A stretch of DNA of 64,000 nt from an uncultured Candidatus Saccharibacteria bacterium. Lineage in GTDB: Bacteria > Patescibacteriota > Minisyncoccia > Phycocordibacterales > JACOZG01. Position 1 is the stretch's first letter; each line of letters starts with the position of its first letter. Positions 39,530-49,554 of this stretch are shown here, one piece after another. A model generated the notes under the pieces. It saw only the letters and a list, made by a program, of their open reading frames with translations, did no database searches and was not told the origin of the DNA. The DNA is taken from assembly GCA_964648765.1 (NCBI GenBank), contig CAZYLF010000003.1, positions 41,676 through 105,675 of the forward strand, read 5' to 3'. The translations under genes and the position numbers were made by a program.

Positions 39530-40870
39530 TTACTTGATCACAGTCTCGATTGTAATCTTTTCTGGATTAGTAGGGAAGTGACCAGTCCATGGTGGTTTGA
39601 AGTTAGCTCTCGCTTCTTGGATCGCAGGATAAGCTTGAAATACTTTTTGATAATCACTCTTTTTCGCGCCGAGCAGTTTGGTTACTAACTCCTGACGATT
39701 AAATATGGCAATGAGATTAGCCTCACCAACTAGTGAGAAGTCCAGAGTTTCTGGAGTAGAATTTAATCGCGCAAGATCATTTGCTGACATATTAAATCTG
39801 AGTTCCGCTAAATTTACGATTTCATAATCCTCTTTTAAATCTGCTTTTTTACGTTCAATCAAATAGTCCTCCAATTCTCGACGCTTGAAAATTACACCCC
39901 ACAATTTGGCACTCTCCTTGACCTCAACCATCTCATTACCAAGCGCTGTGCCGGGTGTCACTGGATCAAGCGAAGAAAATTGAATGGCTAAAGCACTAGG
40001 GTAAAGCACAAAATCTGAGAGCATTTCGGCCTGAGCACGAGACTTTAATTTTTCTGTTAGAACTTGTTTGAGCTCCTCGCGTGTTTTGGCCTCATCAGCT
40101 TTATCTGCCACCCTCATCTCACCTGACGCACCCCCTGTCATTGGCGTTTTTGATTTAGCGTAAAAAGTTTTATATTTTGGATCATTTTTAAAGCCCGGAA
40201 TAGTCCAGTCTACTGAGCCGATATTGTAATCACTGCCCGGCTTATCAGCTACCACGGTAGCTTCTACCTTACCTGGTGTTATTTCGCCTTTAGTATTTTT
40301 AGTATACCCAGGCACCGCCACTGCGGTAGGGATACGGAAGATCAAACCATCAGGTGTCTCAAAGCGAGTACTTGAAATTAATTTTTGTGGACTGGTGCTA
40401 TGATTATTATAAATTGTTATCTGACCACTTGAGCGTTTTTCAACTTTCTCTACACCTTTAGCCGTGATCATTTTGCTAGCTGACTCCTCAATACTCATAA
40501 TCTGAAAAGGGAGTTCTGATTCACTTCCTGGCTTGGCATAAGCAGTAATAACCTCATTAAGACTTAGGGAAGTTTGTTTTGGCACCACAGTTACAACCGC
40601 ACTAGCAAACGAACCAAAGAGCATAAACCCAGCGCCAACTAAAACTAAAAGCACTATTAGCCACAAATAGAGTTTGCGCTTTGGTCCACGTGGCTCATCC
40701 TCCACAATCTGATAATGTGACTCTCTCATCTTGGGCGGTGGCGGCACAGGAGAATCATCATCCTCAACCTCCAAAGGCACCTTGCGAGGCACTCGGACTT
40801 GCGAGGTCACACGCTTAGGCGGGAAGATCTCCTTTAGGCTCTGCTTTGGTCGTTTGATATCGTCTATCAT
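39530..40870 (-). CDS. single-TM extracytoplasmic protein, baseplate-J-like (CPR-typical)
   Basis: G.ITIYN, TRF, A..PG..YNI, GG motifs; paired with the FtsA-like gene. Confidence 0.6.
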   Translation of the reverse strand: MIDDIKRPKQSLKEIFPPKRVTSQVRVPRKVPLEVEDDDSPVPPPPKMRESHYQIVEDEPRGPKRKLYLWLIVLLVLVGAGFMLFGSFASAVVTVVPKQTSLSLNEVITAYAKPGSESELPFQIMSIEESASKMITAKGVEKVEKRSSGQITIYNNHSTSPQKLISSTRFETPDGLIFRIPTAVAVPGYTKNTKGEITPGKVEATVVADKPGSDYNIGSVDWTIPGFKNDPKYKTFYAKSKTPMTGGASGEMRVADKADEAKTREELKQVLTEKLKSRAQAEMLSDFVLYPSALAIQFSSLDPVTPGTALGNEMVEVKESAKLWGVIFKRRELEDYLIERKKADLKEDYEIVNLAELRFNMSANDLARLNSTPETLDFSLVGEANLIAIFNRQELVTKLLGAKKSDYQKVFQAYPAIQEARANFKPPWTGHFPTNPEKITIETVIK

Positions 40871-42063
40871 ATTTTCTTAAGTCTACTAAGTTTATCAGAA
40901 AAAATCGCTTCTACCATAAGACGAGTTGTGGGTTTCTTGCTTACATCAAACTCACAAATCTCACTTACCACTTTGTCTTGGAAATAGTTAACTTCAAAAT
41001 TTTTATCGCCGATTATCAAGTTCTCAGCCACTGGACGGCGTAAGCGCTCAAGATAAAGTGGCGTAAGAAGTGGGTTACCGGTAACCAAAAGCCGATTGGT
41101 GGGTAAAAAGTGATCTAGGGATTCGTCTATCGATCGAAAAAACTTTGCAGTCCAAAATGAGAGTTCCCTCTCAACTACTTGGGGCAACTTGTCTACTAAC
41201 GCCATGTTACGCTTACCCGCAGCAAGCATCTTCAGACTTGAGTAGGCCTCCTCTTTTACGGTCCCCATTTCAGTGGCGACCTTACGAACCAATGAATTAG
41301 TACCAACAGGAAATGAAAAATTCTCAAGCAAAGAATCTCGCTCTACTAAAGTAATCTCCGTGGTCTCACCATCAATATCTACGATTACTGTACTGTCGTT
41401 AATAGTAGAAGTAAGATCCCGAAAAGTGCTAAAAAGTGAAAAAGCAAAAGGGTAAAAACTAATTTTTTTAACTCGCAGCACAGATGAAATTGTTTCTTTA
41501 AATCTCTTCAAAATATCGGTTGCACTGGCACTAAGATAAAGTGATAAATCTAGGGTATTAACATTTTTTTGGTAAATATTTTTTAGATCATCATAACCAT
41601 TAAGTTTAATCTCCATTACTGAACTATTTATGATCTCGTGATCGTCACTAGTCACCCCGGGGAAAATATCGTGGCCAGCGCCTTTAAACTTTGCCATTTC
41701 GCCTGCCACAATATCTTTAATCATTTTTTCAGAAACAGTAAACGACTTTTCTTTTTCGGTTTTTATTAATCTTGATTGCGACACATAAAATGGCGCTGCC
41801 AAAAAACATACCCAAGTGCTTGGCATACCTTTTACACCAGGGCCATTTGGGTCCCTAACTAAAGCTTCCATTGCATTTTTAATATTCTCAAGCGTGTGCT
41901 CAAGAAAGCGCGTTGGATCAAGATTGTCGGGAATTTCAAGTGTATTAGTGGACGAAGAAATAATTTTCGGACAAATATTAACCGCATCACGAAAGACTTC
42001 AATTATTGCTCCATCCACACTAGTTGTGTTGATATCTAAAACACCAAACGATGACGATGACAT
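40867..42063 (-). CDS. divergent FtsA/PilM-like actin-fold protein
   Basis: LDI.TTSV, VDIDGETTEI, FPVG.N, LTG-like motif; start uncertain. Confidence 0.65.
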   Translation of the reverse strand: MSSSSFGVLDINTTSVDGAIIEVFRDAVNICPKIISSSTNTLEIPDNLDPTRFLEHTLENIKNAMEALVRDPNGPGVKGMPSTWVCFLAAPFYVSQSRLIKTEKEKSFTVSEKMIKDIVAGEMAKFKGAGHDIFPGVTSDDHEIINSSVMEIKLNGYDDLKNIYQKNVNTLDLSLYLSASATDILKRFKETISSVLRVKKISFYPFAFSLFSTFRDLTSTINDSTVIVDIDGETTEITLVERDSLLENFSFPVGTNSLVRKVATEMGTVKEEAYSSLKMLAAGKRNMALVDKLPQVVERELSFWTAKFFRSIDESLDHFLPTNRLLVTGNPLLTPLYLERLRRPVAENLIIGDKNFEVNYFQDKVVSEICEFDVSKKPTTRLMVEAIFSDKLSRLKKI

Positions 42064-42103
42064 GATAAAAATTATATCATGTGTCAATTTTTAGACTAGT
42101 AGA

Positions 42104-43906
42104 CTATTGTAAACAGGCTTTGATTCTCCTCACTCCGGCAGCGACAGCCTCCTCCTTCATAATTTTTATGCCTCCAATCTCGCTGGTTTCGCTCACGTGC
42201 GGTCCACCACAGAACTCCTTGCTGAAGCTATCAATTAAATATACAGAAACAGTGTCGCCATATTTAGCGCCGAATTCCATCTCCGCGCCCAACTGCTCGG
42301 CTTCAGCCTTTGGCATCTCACAACGTTCAACTTTAAGATTTTCTTTGATCTTTTCATTCACAATTTTCTCCACCTCAGCTAATTCTTCAGGAGTTAACTT
42401 TCTAGCGAAAGAAAAATCGATTCTCAAACGCTCACTCGTAATATTAGAACCACGCTGTTTAACTTCTTTACCTAAAACTTGCTGGAGGGCGGCTAAAATT
42501 AAGTGATGCGCTGTGTGAAGTTTAATGGTCTCCGGTGAATGATCGGCCAAACCACCTTTAAACTTTTGCTCCGCACCCGCGCGCGAAAGCACTTGATGTT
42601 CAGTGAGCAACTTTTTAAATTCTTCTTCATCCACAGCTAAATTATTACGCGTGGCTTCTTCAATAATTAATTCCACGGGGAAGCCATGGGTTTGATAGAG
42701 ATCAAAGGCCTCCTTACCCGATATCTTCTCGCGCAAAACTGGATCGCTAGTATTAATATTGTATGAAATAACTTTAGAAAGTTTAGATAGGCCGGCACGT
42801 AACGTTTTCCGGAACTTTTGCTCCTCATTTTCTATCTCGCTTTTCACTTTGTCTTTGCTCGTCAAAACTTCTGGATACACTTCCGCGTACTTGCTGATCA
42901 CTTCATCAATAATTTTAGCAAAGCCATCTGGCGCGAGTTTAATGAGGTCGGCGTAACGCACGGCACGGCGGAGTAAACGGCGGAGCACGTAACCACGATC
43001 AGTGTTGGAAGGTAACACGCCGTCAGCGAGCATCATCACGGAGGTACGCAAGTGGTCCGCCACAATTCTTTTAGCTTTTACCTCTGACGAAGATGAATTA
43101 TCGTCAATCACCTTCATGATTCCCGCAAAAAGATCGGTGGCGAAAACGTTATTAGTTTTCTGCAGCACCATTGCCAAACGTTCCAAACCCGCACCCGTGT
43201 CCACATTTTGTTGGTTCAATTTGCCGATCACTTTGCCATCTCGCTTTTCATATTCCATGAAAACATCATTCCAAATTTCCACCACCCTCTGTTCATCATC
43301 AGCTTTAAGATATTCCTCTTTTGTTAACCCATTGGTAAGTTCGCCTGTGAGATCGTAAAACATTTCGGTATCCGGTCCACATGGACCGTTTGCTCCAGCA
43401 CTCCACCAATTTTTACTCACACCTAAAAAGTAAATCCTCTCCCCTTCAATTTTATTTTTCTCAAAAATTTCTTTCCAGATTGCCGCCGACTCTTCATCAC
43501 GCGGCGCATTTTCATCACCTTCAAAACAGGTTACATATAGTCGATTTGGATCCAAACCAAAACCAATTTTTTTATTTGTGAGCAAATCATAACTCCATTC
43601 AATCGCCTCACGCTTCCAGTAACTTCCGAGCGACCAATTACCAAGCATTTCAAAAAATGTATCGTGGGTGTTATCGCCCACCTCCTCAATGTCTTGCGTG
43701 CGCACGCACTTTTGCACGTTTACTAAACGAGCTCCCGCCGGATGCTTTTCGCCCAGCAAATAAGGCACCAGCGGTTGCATGCCGGCGGTAGTAAAGAGAA
43801 CCGAAGCATCGCCGCCAATAGGCACTAGAGGCGCAGAAGGAATAACCGCATGCTCGCGCACCTTAAAAAATTCAATAAACCGCCGCCTAATTTCCTCAGA
43901 TTTCAT
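42104..43906 (-). CDS. alaS: alanyl-tRNA synthetase (short form lacking C-Ala)
   Basis: LFTTAGMQ, TFFEMLGN, DTGAGLER, HTAHH/CGGPH editing motifs. Confidence 0.97.
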   Translation of the reverse strand: MKSEEIRRRFIEFFKVREHAVIPSAPLVPIGGDASVLFTTAGMQPLVPYLLGEKHPAGARLVNVQKCVRTQDIEEVGDNTHDTFFEMLGNWSLGSYWKREAIEWSYDLLTNKKIGFGLDPNRLYVTCFEGDENAPRDEESAAIWKEIFEKNKIEGERIYFLGVSKNWWSAGANGPCGPDTEMFYDLTGELTNGLTKEEYLKADDEQRVVEIWNDVFMEYEKRDGKVIGKLNQQNVDTGAGLERLAMVLQKTNNVFATDLFAGIMKVIDDNSSSSEVKAKRIVADHLRTSVMMLADGVLPSNTDRGYVLRRLLRRAVRYADLIKLAPDGFAKIIDEVISKYAEVYPEVLTSKDKVKSEIENEEQKFRKTLRAGLSKLSKVISYNINTSDPVLREKISGKEAFDLYQTHGFPVELIIEEATRNNLAVDEEEFKKLLTEHQVLSRAGAEQKFKGGLADHSPETIKLHTAHHLILAALQQVLGKEVKQRGSNITSERLRIDFSFARKLTPEELAEVEKIVNEKIKENLKVERCEMPKAEAEQLGAEMEFGAKYGDTVSVYLIDSFSKEFCGGPHVSETSEIGGIKIMKEEAVAAGVRRIKACLQ

Positions 43907-43977
43907 AAAATGAATATTACCATAAAAAAGAGGCCGATCGAATCATATCGATCGGCCTCACGACTTCTATTTATTAT

Positions 43978-44964
43978 CTACCGAACCACATCAAGCAGGT
44001 TTGGTTGCTTCCGTGTTTGATTGAGACCCAAACTGATTGCAGAGGACAACTGTCCAAGATAGCCAGAAGGTAAGAAAACTGACTTAGCGCCATCCACCAC
44101 CAGGGCCGTAGCCAGGGCCACCCCATCTTGGACAAGATTCCCAATCACCTTCACCGGCGGACGATCAACTTGCGGTTTTTGGGTAGCCGCATCAAGTCGA
44201 TCCAAAATCATTGGATGAGAAATTGGGGTTAGCAAGGAATTCTCATCCGCATTAAAGCTTATCAAAGCTTGGTTCAGGTGAGTTCCCGTTTCAATTGTGC
44301 CAGCATACATTTCAACTATTCGAGTCACCATCTCCTTAGTTGCTCGCGGGGATGGCACCAGCACTCGTAGTGTTTCATTCCTGTCATTTTGGAAGAAGAT
44401 GATCGTGCTCATGTCGAGTAAGTCCGGGGTGGAAAGTTGCGTGAGATTAAGACTCACCTCTTGGTTTCCACCACCCCCAAACAATGAGCGCAAGCTGATA
44501 TTAAGTCGTCCAGCAAGATCGCCCCTTAGACTGTGACTCGCCACATGCTCAACCCTAAAAGCTCGCCAATCTCCCTCCAATTCATTTTCCTGCAATGGAA
44601 ACTGATCAGACCTCTCCACCACAAATCGCGGCAGAATAGCGTTGGAAAATGTTTGGGCCATGTTGTAATCAAGAAGGTTCTTCTCAAATATTTGCTGTTT
44701 TTTCCTTTCACCTCCAACCTTGTACAAGCAAGCTGAGATGAGAAATGAGATGACTGAGACTCCCAACCAGCCAAAAAGGAAGTACCCGCCTGAACTTACA
44801 GTAGGATTTGGCCCGCTTGTCATACATGCACCGAAAACCATAGCCAAAAAACCAGCAAAAAACATCACACCAAATGGCGCACCTACGTAAGGATCAACTA
44901 AATCAGACACTTCCCGCTTTGCATGTTCCGAAAGCGGTGCACCAAGCGCGATTTCTCGATTCAT
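43978..44964 (-). CDS. 2-TM hypothetical membrane protein
   Basis: GAGGAG SD, terminator at about 43930-43958. Confidence 0.65.
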   Translation of the reverse strand: MNREIALGAPLSEHAKREVSDLVDPYVGAPFGVMFFAGFLAMVFGACMTSGPNPTVSSGGYFLFGWLGVSVISFLISACLYKVGGERKKQQIFEKNLLDYNMAQTFSNAILPRFVVERSDQFPLQENELEGDWRAFRVEHVASHSLRGDLAGRLNISLRSLFGGGGNQEVSLNLTQLSTPDLLDMSTIIFFQNDRNETLRVLVPSPRATKEMVTRIVEMYAGTIETGTHLNQALISFNADENSLLTPISHPMILDRLDAATQKPQVDRPPVKVIGNLVQDGVALATALVVDGAKSVFLPSGYLGQLSSAISLGLNQTRKQPNLLDVVR

Positions 44965-45089
44965 TTTTATCTCCTCAAAAGATAGGGTCTAGTTCACAAT
45001 GAACTTTCTGACATAATACCTACCATATTTATAAAATTAAGTCAAATATTTTAAAACAAAAAGCCCCGCCATCAATTGAGAGGGTGGGG

Positions 45090-45602
45090 CTATGATTTAT
45101 TATTTGGAAAGAAACTGTGATACACCTTGATTGCAGTCATCTCGAAATAGATGGCTTCACTAAATGGCAGGCCTGGAGTGCGGTCTTTTGCGATTCTGAT
45201 CATGTCCTGCTCCCAAGCTGGTGTCAAAATGAATTTGCATGCCTGGGAATTTATAAAGTCAAAAAACCAATAGTCTCGACGGTGCCATTCTCTCGGCCAG
45301 TAATTGGTATAAAAACCATACTTTCTGCCATGATAATCTGCGGAGATAACGGCATCAGGCTCAAAAGGTGCGGGAAAACGTTTGATCTCGTTGCTGTCTA
45401 ATGACATCCCTGATAGTACGGCCACTTCTTCGTTATCGACTATGCTCTTCCGGAGATCCTTCAGTTGACTTAGATCCATTGTCCAGTCACCATCTGTTAA
45501 ATATGATGTGACTATTACTCCATGATTTTCAAGTTCGGGAGCTAAGCCCCGCATCCAATCGCAAAGTATCGGCTCATGAGCCACTAGCACAATCTCCTTC
45601 AT
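45090..45602 (-). CDS. hypothetical protein
   Basis: AAGGAGGT SD. Confidence 0.6.
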   Translation of the reverse strand: MKEIVLVAHEPILCDWMRGLAPELENHGVIVTSYLTDGDWTMDLSQLKDLRKSIVDNEEVAVLSGMSLDSNEIKRFPAPFEPDAVISADYHGRKYGFYTNYWPREWHRRDYWFFDFINSQACKFILTPAWEQDMIRIAKDRTPGLPFSEAIYFEMTAIKVYHSFFPNNKS

Positions 45603-45657
45603 TTAATTACCTCCTTTCAAAGGTCTACCTAACTAACTTCTATCAAAATTTTGCTTA

Positions 45658-47235
45658 CTAAGCAATCACCCCACCACCCAAACAAACATCATTATCATAC
45701 AAAACGCATGACTGGCCCGGAGCAACCAAAGGTGATTCTATAAGAAAAGTTACAGTTGAGCCATCAAGCGTGCACGGATAAAGTTCACCATGATAGCGAA
45801 TTTGGACCATGAGCTTTTTGTTTTCTGTCGGCGCTTCACCGGTCCAATTTATATTTATTAACTTAATTTGCTTGGCGGGTTTGGTTAAATTAATTTTTTC
45901 AGAAACGGTCAAAGTATTTTTATCTACATCTTTGGCGACAATGTAATAAGGTTTATCATCCGGAGTTTTGGCGGTGATAGTAAAACCATGGCGCTCGCCG
46001 AGCGTGTAAAACATCGCGCCGTCGTGCGCGCCAATCTTCTCACCCTTTTCATTTATCACATCACCCGGAACTTCATTAATAAATTCTTTTAAGAAATCTT
46101 TAAAATCAATTTTACCTACGAAGCAAAGCCCTTGGCTATCCTTCTTCTCTGCTGTTGGCAAATTAAATTTTTTCGCCAACTTTCTCACCTCACTTTTCTC
46201 GTATCCACCGATAGGGAAAAGAGTGTGAGTAAGAATTTCTGGGGTCAGAGTCCAGAGAAAATATGTTTGATCTTTGGCCGAGTCTTTTGAGATTCTTAAT
46301 TTAGCTAAATTCAGCCCCTCCCCCTGCCCCCTCCCCAAAAGGGAGGGGGTTTGGATCCCCCCCCTCTCCTTTGGAGGGGGTTGGGGTGAGGCCTCCTCAA
46401 GAGCTTCTTTAATTTTCATTAATACGGTGTCGATATCACTCAAAACCTCTTCATTTTTAAACCTAATTATTTTAAAACCTAAAACTTCTAATCGATTCGT
46501 TCTTTCTTGATCTCTCTCGATTTGATAATCATGAACATCGCCGTCAATTTCAATTATTAAAGATTTTTCAAGGCAAACAAAATCAACAATAAACTTGTCG
46601 ATGATATGCTGGCGACGAAAGTGAAAACCATTTGAATCTTTCCTTAATTTCTCCCAAATTTTCTTTTCTGCCAAAGTTGGCTTCCTGCGCATTTCAAGAG
46701 CCTGCTCTTGTAAAACTCTGTAAAATTTTTTATCTGCGGTTCTAAAACCTAATTCAGCCCCTCCCCCTGCCCCCTCCCCAAAAGGGAGGGGGTTTGAATT
46801 CCCTCCCTCTCCTTTGGAGAGGGTTGGGGTGAGGCCGATCTGCGCATAATGCCCCGTCGCCACAAAATCCGCCCCATGCTCCATCGCCCACTTGTAAAAC
46901 GCGCCAAATTTAATTTCGCGATTACACATCACATCGGGGTTCGGCGTGCGGCCGAGTTTGTATTCGTTCACCAGATAATCCACCACGCTTTGCTTGTACT
47001 CCTTTTCCAGATCGAGTGTGATGAGCGGAATCTCAAGCTCGGCCGCCACACGCATGGCATCTCGCCGGTCTTCACGCCAGGTGCAGGCGCTAGCAAACTT
47101 CTCCCCACTCGGCTGCCAAACTTTAATAAACACACCCACGACTTCACAGCCTTGCTCTTTAAGCAAAGCCGCCGAAACCGAGGAATCCACTCCCCCGCTC
47201 ATCCCTACAAAAACCTTTTTCTTGACGCCTTTCAT
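45658..47235 (-). CDS. mnmA: tRNA 2-thiouridylase MnmA carrying an in-frame ~175-aa DUF559 insertion
   Basis: SGGVDS, NPDVMCN, ATGHYA, KDQTYFL, DSQGLCF, PGQ. Confidence 0.95.
   Translation of the reverse strand: MKGVKKKVFVGMSGGVDSSVSAALLKEQGCEVVGVFIKVWQPSGEKFASACTWREDRRDAMRVAAELEIPLITLDLEKEYKQSVVDYLVNEYKLGRTPNPDVMCNREIKFGAFYKWAMEHGADFVATGHYAQIGLTPTLSKGEGGNSNPLPFGEGAGGGAELGFRTADKKFYRVLQEQALEMRRKPTLAEKKIWEKLRKDSNGFHFRRQHIIDKFIVDFVCLEKSLIIEIDGDVHDYQIERDQERTNRLEVLGFKIIRFKNEEVLSDIDTVLMKIKEALEEASPQPPPKERGGIQTPSLLGRGQGEGLNLAKLRISKDSAKDQTYFLWTLTPEILTHTLFPIGGYEKSEVRKLAKKFNLPTAEKKDSQGLCFVGKIDFKDFLKEFINEVPGDVINEKGEKIGAHDGAMFYTLGERHGFTITAKTPDDKPYYIVAKDVDKNTLTVSEKINLTKPAKQIKLININWTGEAPTENKKLMVQIRYHGELYPCTLDGSTVTFLIESPLVAPGQSCVLYDNDVCLGGGVIA
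46308..46393. repeat. 86-bp GC-rich palindromic repeat, copy 1
   Basis: 82 of 86 positions identical to 46751-46836 by manual alignment. Confidence 0.95.
46751..46836. repeat. 86-bp GC-rich palindromic repeat, copy 2
   Basis: Contains hairpins CCCTCCC-CAAAA-GGGAGGG and CCCTCTCC-TTT-GGAGAGGG. Confidence 0.95.
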
Positions 47236-47286
47236 TACTTAATGACATTAGCAATTTTAAGCCATTTTTGCTAGAATCGTTTAAAT

Positions 47287-48054
47287 ATGTCAAACGTTTG
47301 GTTCCAAGCAATTGCGAGCGTGGTGGCGGTGAGCGTAGTGTCGCTTATCGGCGCGGTAACGCTGTCGCTACAGGTGGAGAGATTAAAGAAAATTGTTTTT
47401 GCGCTCGTGGCGCTGGCTGCCGGTGCGCTTTTTGGCGACGTGCTCATCCACATCATCCCAGAACTTTTTGAAACACAAATTCCTTCACATATTATCGGAC
47501 TATTTATTTTAGCCGGAATTTTGATCTTCTTTATTCTTGAAAAGTTTCTTCACTGGAGCCACCAACACGAGATGAGCGACTGCGCCGAGCCCGGTCACAC
47601 CCACCCGCCAATGGCGCTCGGGCAACTCAATCTCGCCGCCGACGGTCTCCACAATTTTATCGACGGCCTAATTATTGGTGCGAGCTTCCTAGTGGACCCG
47701 GCCGTTGGTATGGCCACCACAATCGCGGTAATTCTCCACGAGATTCCACAGGAGATTGGCGACTTCGGCATACTCATTCACGCTGGTTACACTGTCAAAA
47801 AAGCAATTTTGTTTAATCTCCTTTCAGCATCACTCGCAATTTTGGGCACAGTAATTGCCCTCGCACTTGGCTCGCAAGTTGAAGTGATCGGCAACTATCT
47901 TTTAGCATTAGCGGCTGGCGGCTTTCTTTATATTGCTGGTTCAGACCTTTTACCAGAAATCCAAAAAACAACCAATCTTAAAAAGTCGCTTGTTCAATTC
48001 GTAGCGATGCTCATCGGCATTGGCCTGATGTTTGCCCTTCTCCTACTCGAGTAA
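47287..48054 (+). CDS. ZIP-family metal transporter
   Basis: DGLHNFIDG, HEIPQEIGD, His-containing loop. Confidence 0.93.
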   Translation: MSNVWFQAIASVVAVSVVSLIGAVTLSLQVERLKKIVFALVALAAGALFGDVLIHIIPELFETQIPSHIIGLFILAGILIFFILEKFLHWSHQHEMSDCAEPGHTHPPMALGQLNLAADGLHNFIDGLIIGASFLVDPAVGMATTIAVILHEIPQEIGDFGILIHAGYTVKKAILFNLLSASLAILGTVIALALGSQVEVIGNYLLALAAGGFLYIAGSDLLPEIQKTTNLKKSLVQFVAMLIGIGLMFALLLLE

Positions 48055-48055
48055 T

Positions 48056-48610
48056 TTAAGCGCCTAAAAGTTTTTTATATATCTCTACCGTAACTCGGAT
48101 GTCAGCGAGAGCTGTGTGCGCCTTCTCATTTTTAATTCCAAAATGTTCCGCCATGGCTTGAAGAGAGAATCTCTGTACGGCATCATTTTCATAAAGTTTA
48201 GCAAAAGAAATTGAAATCAAATCAAGCTTAATAAAGTGCATTGGATTTTTTACCCCCTTCTTCTTAAACGCCTGCTCAAGAAAGCTCCAGTCAAAGGTAA
48301 TGTTCTGCGCGATCATCACCGAGTCAGCAATTTTAGGTGAAATTGTTTTAAGCACCTGGGCAAGATCAGGGGCGAAGAGCCACTCGCTTTCGTTGTAACC
48401 ATTAATGCGCAAGGCTTCTGGTTCAGCCAGTTCAATGTGTTCGGGTTTAATTTTAAATTCAAACTCGTCCACGATTTCAAGCGTCGCCCCACGGCCATTT
48501 GGTTTAGGCACTTGTCTGGCCACAATCCCACCGATCTCAATAATCTCGTGCACGCTCGGATCAAGCCCAGTAGTTTCTAAATCAATAAATGCTAAGTTGT
48601 GTTTCTTCAT
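48056..48610 (-). CDS. DEDDh 3'-5' exonuclease (DnaQ-like)
   Basis: DLETTG, N..FD, HTALAD. Confidence 0.9.
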   Translation of the reverse strand: MKKHNLAFIDLETTGLDPSVHEIIEIGGIVARQVPKPNGRGATLEIVDEFEFKIKPEHIELAEPEALRINGYNESEWLFAPDLAQVLKTISPKIADSVMIAQNITFDWSFLEQAFKKKGVKNPMHFIKLDLISISFAKLYENDAVQRFSLQAMAEHFGIKNEKAHTALADIRVTVEIYKKLLGA

Positions 48611-49545
48611 GGTAAGTATCTGGCTTTATTAATTTTATGTTCTTCAAAATCTTTGGCGTAATGTGTGACTCCGTTATAATCTGCGAGATAAAATAAGTAG
48701 TCTGACTCCGTTGGCCGGAGGGCCGCCTCTATAGACGAGAGGCCAGGGTTTGTGATTGGGCCTGGAGGTAAACCTTTATTAACGTAAGTATTGTATGGCG
48801 AATCATGCTTAAGATCCTCAAGCGAAAGTTCGAAAGTATTTTTTCCAATAATGTATGGGAACACTGCATCAACTTGTAAAGCCATGTCTATATTGATCCG
48901 GTTCCACAAAATCCCCGAGATCATTTTTCGTACATGATCAATTCTCGCCTCTTCCTCAATAAGTGAGGCCATCACGATTATTTCATCAAGCGTGCGCCCA
49001 CTTGCTAAGATCTCAGACTCAAATGGCGCAATACGACGCTCAAAATTTGCGAGCATTGATGTAACCACTTGTCTTGGCCTCACAGTAATAGGGAAGAAGT
49101 ATGTATCAGGGAAGAGTCTACCCTCAAACGTCTCAGCTTCAACTCTGAAACTTTCAGCGTCAAATTCTGGAATAATCTGTTTTATAACTTTAGCAATTTC
49201 AATATTTGTTACGCCCTCTGGTATTGTAACCCTTTTTACAGGTATGCCAAAATCCCCTTTTACAAATCTGTTTGCCACAGTTAAAACCGATTCATGTTTG
49301 GTAAAAAAATAATCTCCCGCAAGAATTAAACCATTCGGAGAAAAAAGCCGAAGAGAAATTTTAAACAAAAGTGGCGATCGCACAATTGAGAGCTCTTTAA
49401 GCTCCTCGGCAATCTCGGTTACGGTTGACCCCTCCTCAACTGTAAAAACTTTATGAACCGGAAAGTAATTTGGCGCCGAGAACCACCAAAAAATCGCAAG
49501 TAAAATTGAAATTAAGAAAAAGTAAAATGGCCGGGAACGTTGCAT
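48607..49545 (-). CDS. mltG: endolytic transglycosylase
   Basis: EGRLFPDTY, ASLIEEE, LQVDA, SPYNTY...GLPPGPI.NPG. Confidence 0.95.
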   Translation of the reverse strand: MQRSRPFYFFLISILLAIFWWFSAPNYFPVHKVFTVEEGSTVTEIAEELKELSIVRSPLLFKISLRLFSPNGLILAGDYFFTKHESVLTVANRFVKGDFGIPVKRVTIPEGVTNIEIAKVIKQIIPEFDAESFRVEAETFEGRLFPDTYFFPITVRPRQVVTSMLANFERRIAPFESEILASGRTLDEIIVMASLIEEEARIDHVRKMISGILWNRINIDMALQVDAVFPYIIGKNTFELSLEDLKHDSPYNTYVNKGLPPGPITNPGLSSIEAALRPTESDYLFYLADYNGVTHYAKDFEEHKINKARYLP

Positions 49546-49554
49546 GAGTTAAAA

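Larger units (their letters stand above)
46308..46836 (-). mobile_element. DUF559 (Vsr-like) endonuclease domain flanked by palindromic direct repeats
   Basis: MRR..T.AE..IW..LR, FRRQH, IVDF, IEIDG..H, RD..R...L...G....RF.N. Confidence 0.75.

Noticed and set aside
39530-42087. Baseplate-like gene as a phage or contractile-system remnant
   Set aside because: It is membrane-anchored, paired with an FtsA-like gene in core context, and no other tail genes are present.
42104-43906. Truncated alaS pseudogene
   Set aside because: Catalytic and editing motifs are intact, and a ~600-aa form is usual for this lineage.
46290-46840. Intein or self-splicing intron in mnmA
   Set aside because: No Cys/Ser start or His-Asn end and no recognisable group I/II core; the frame is simply open throughout.
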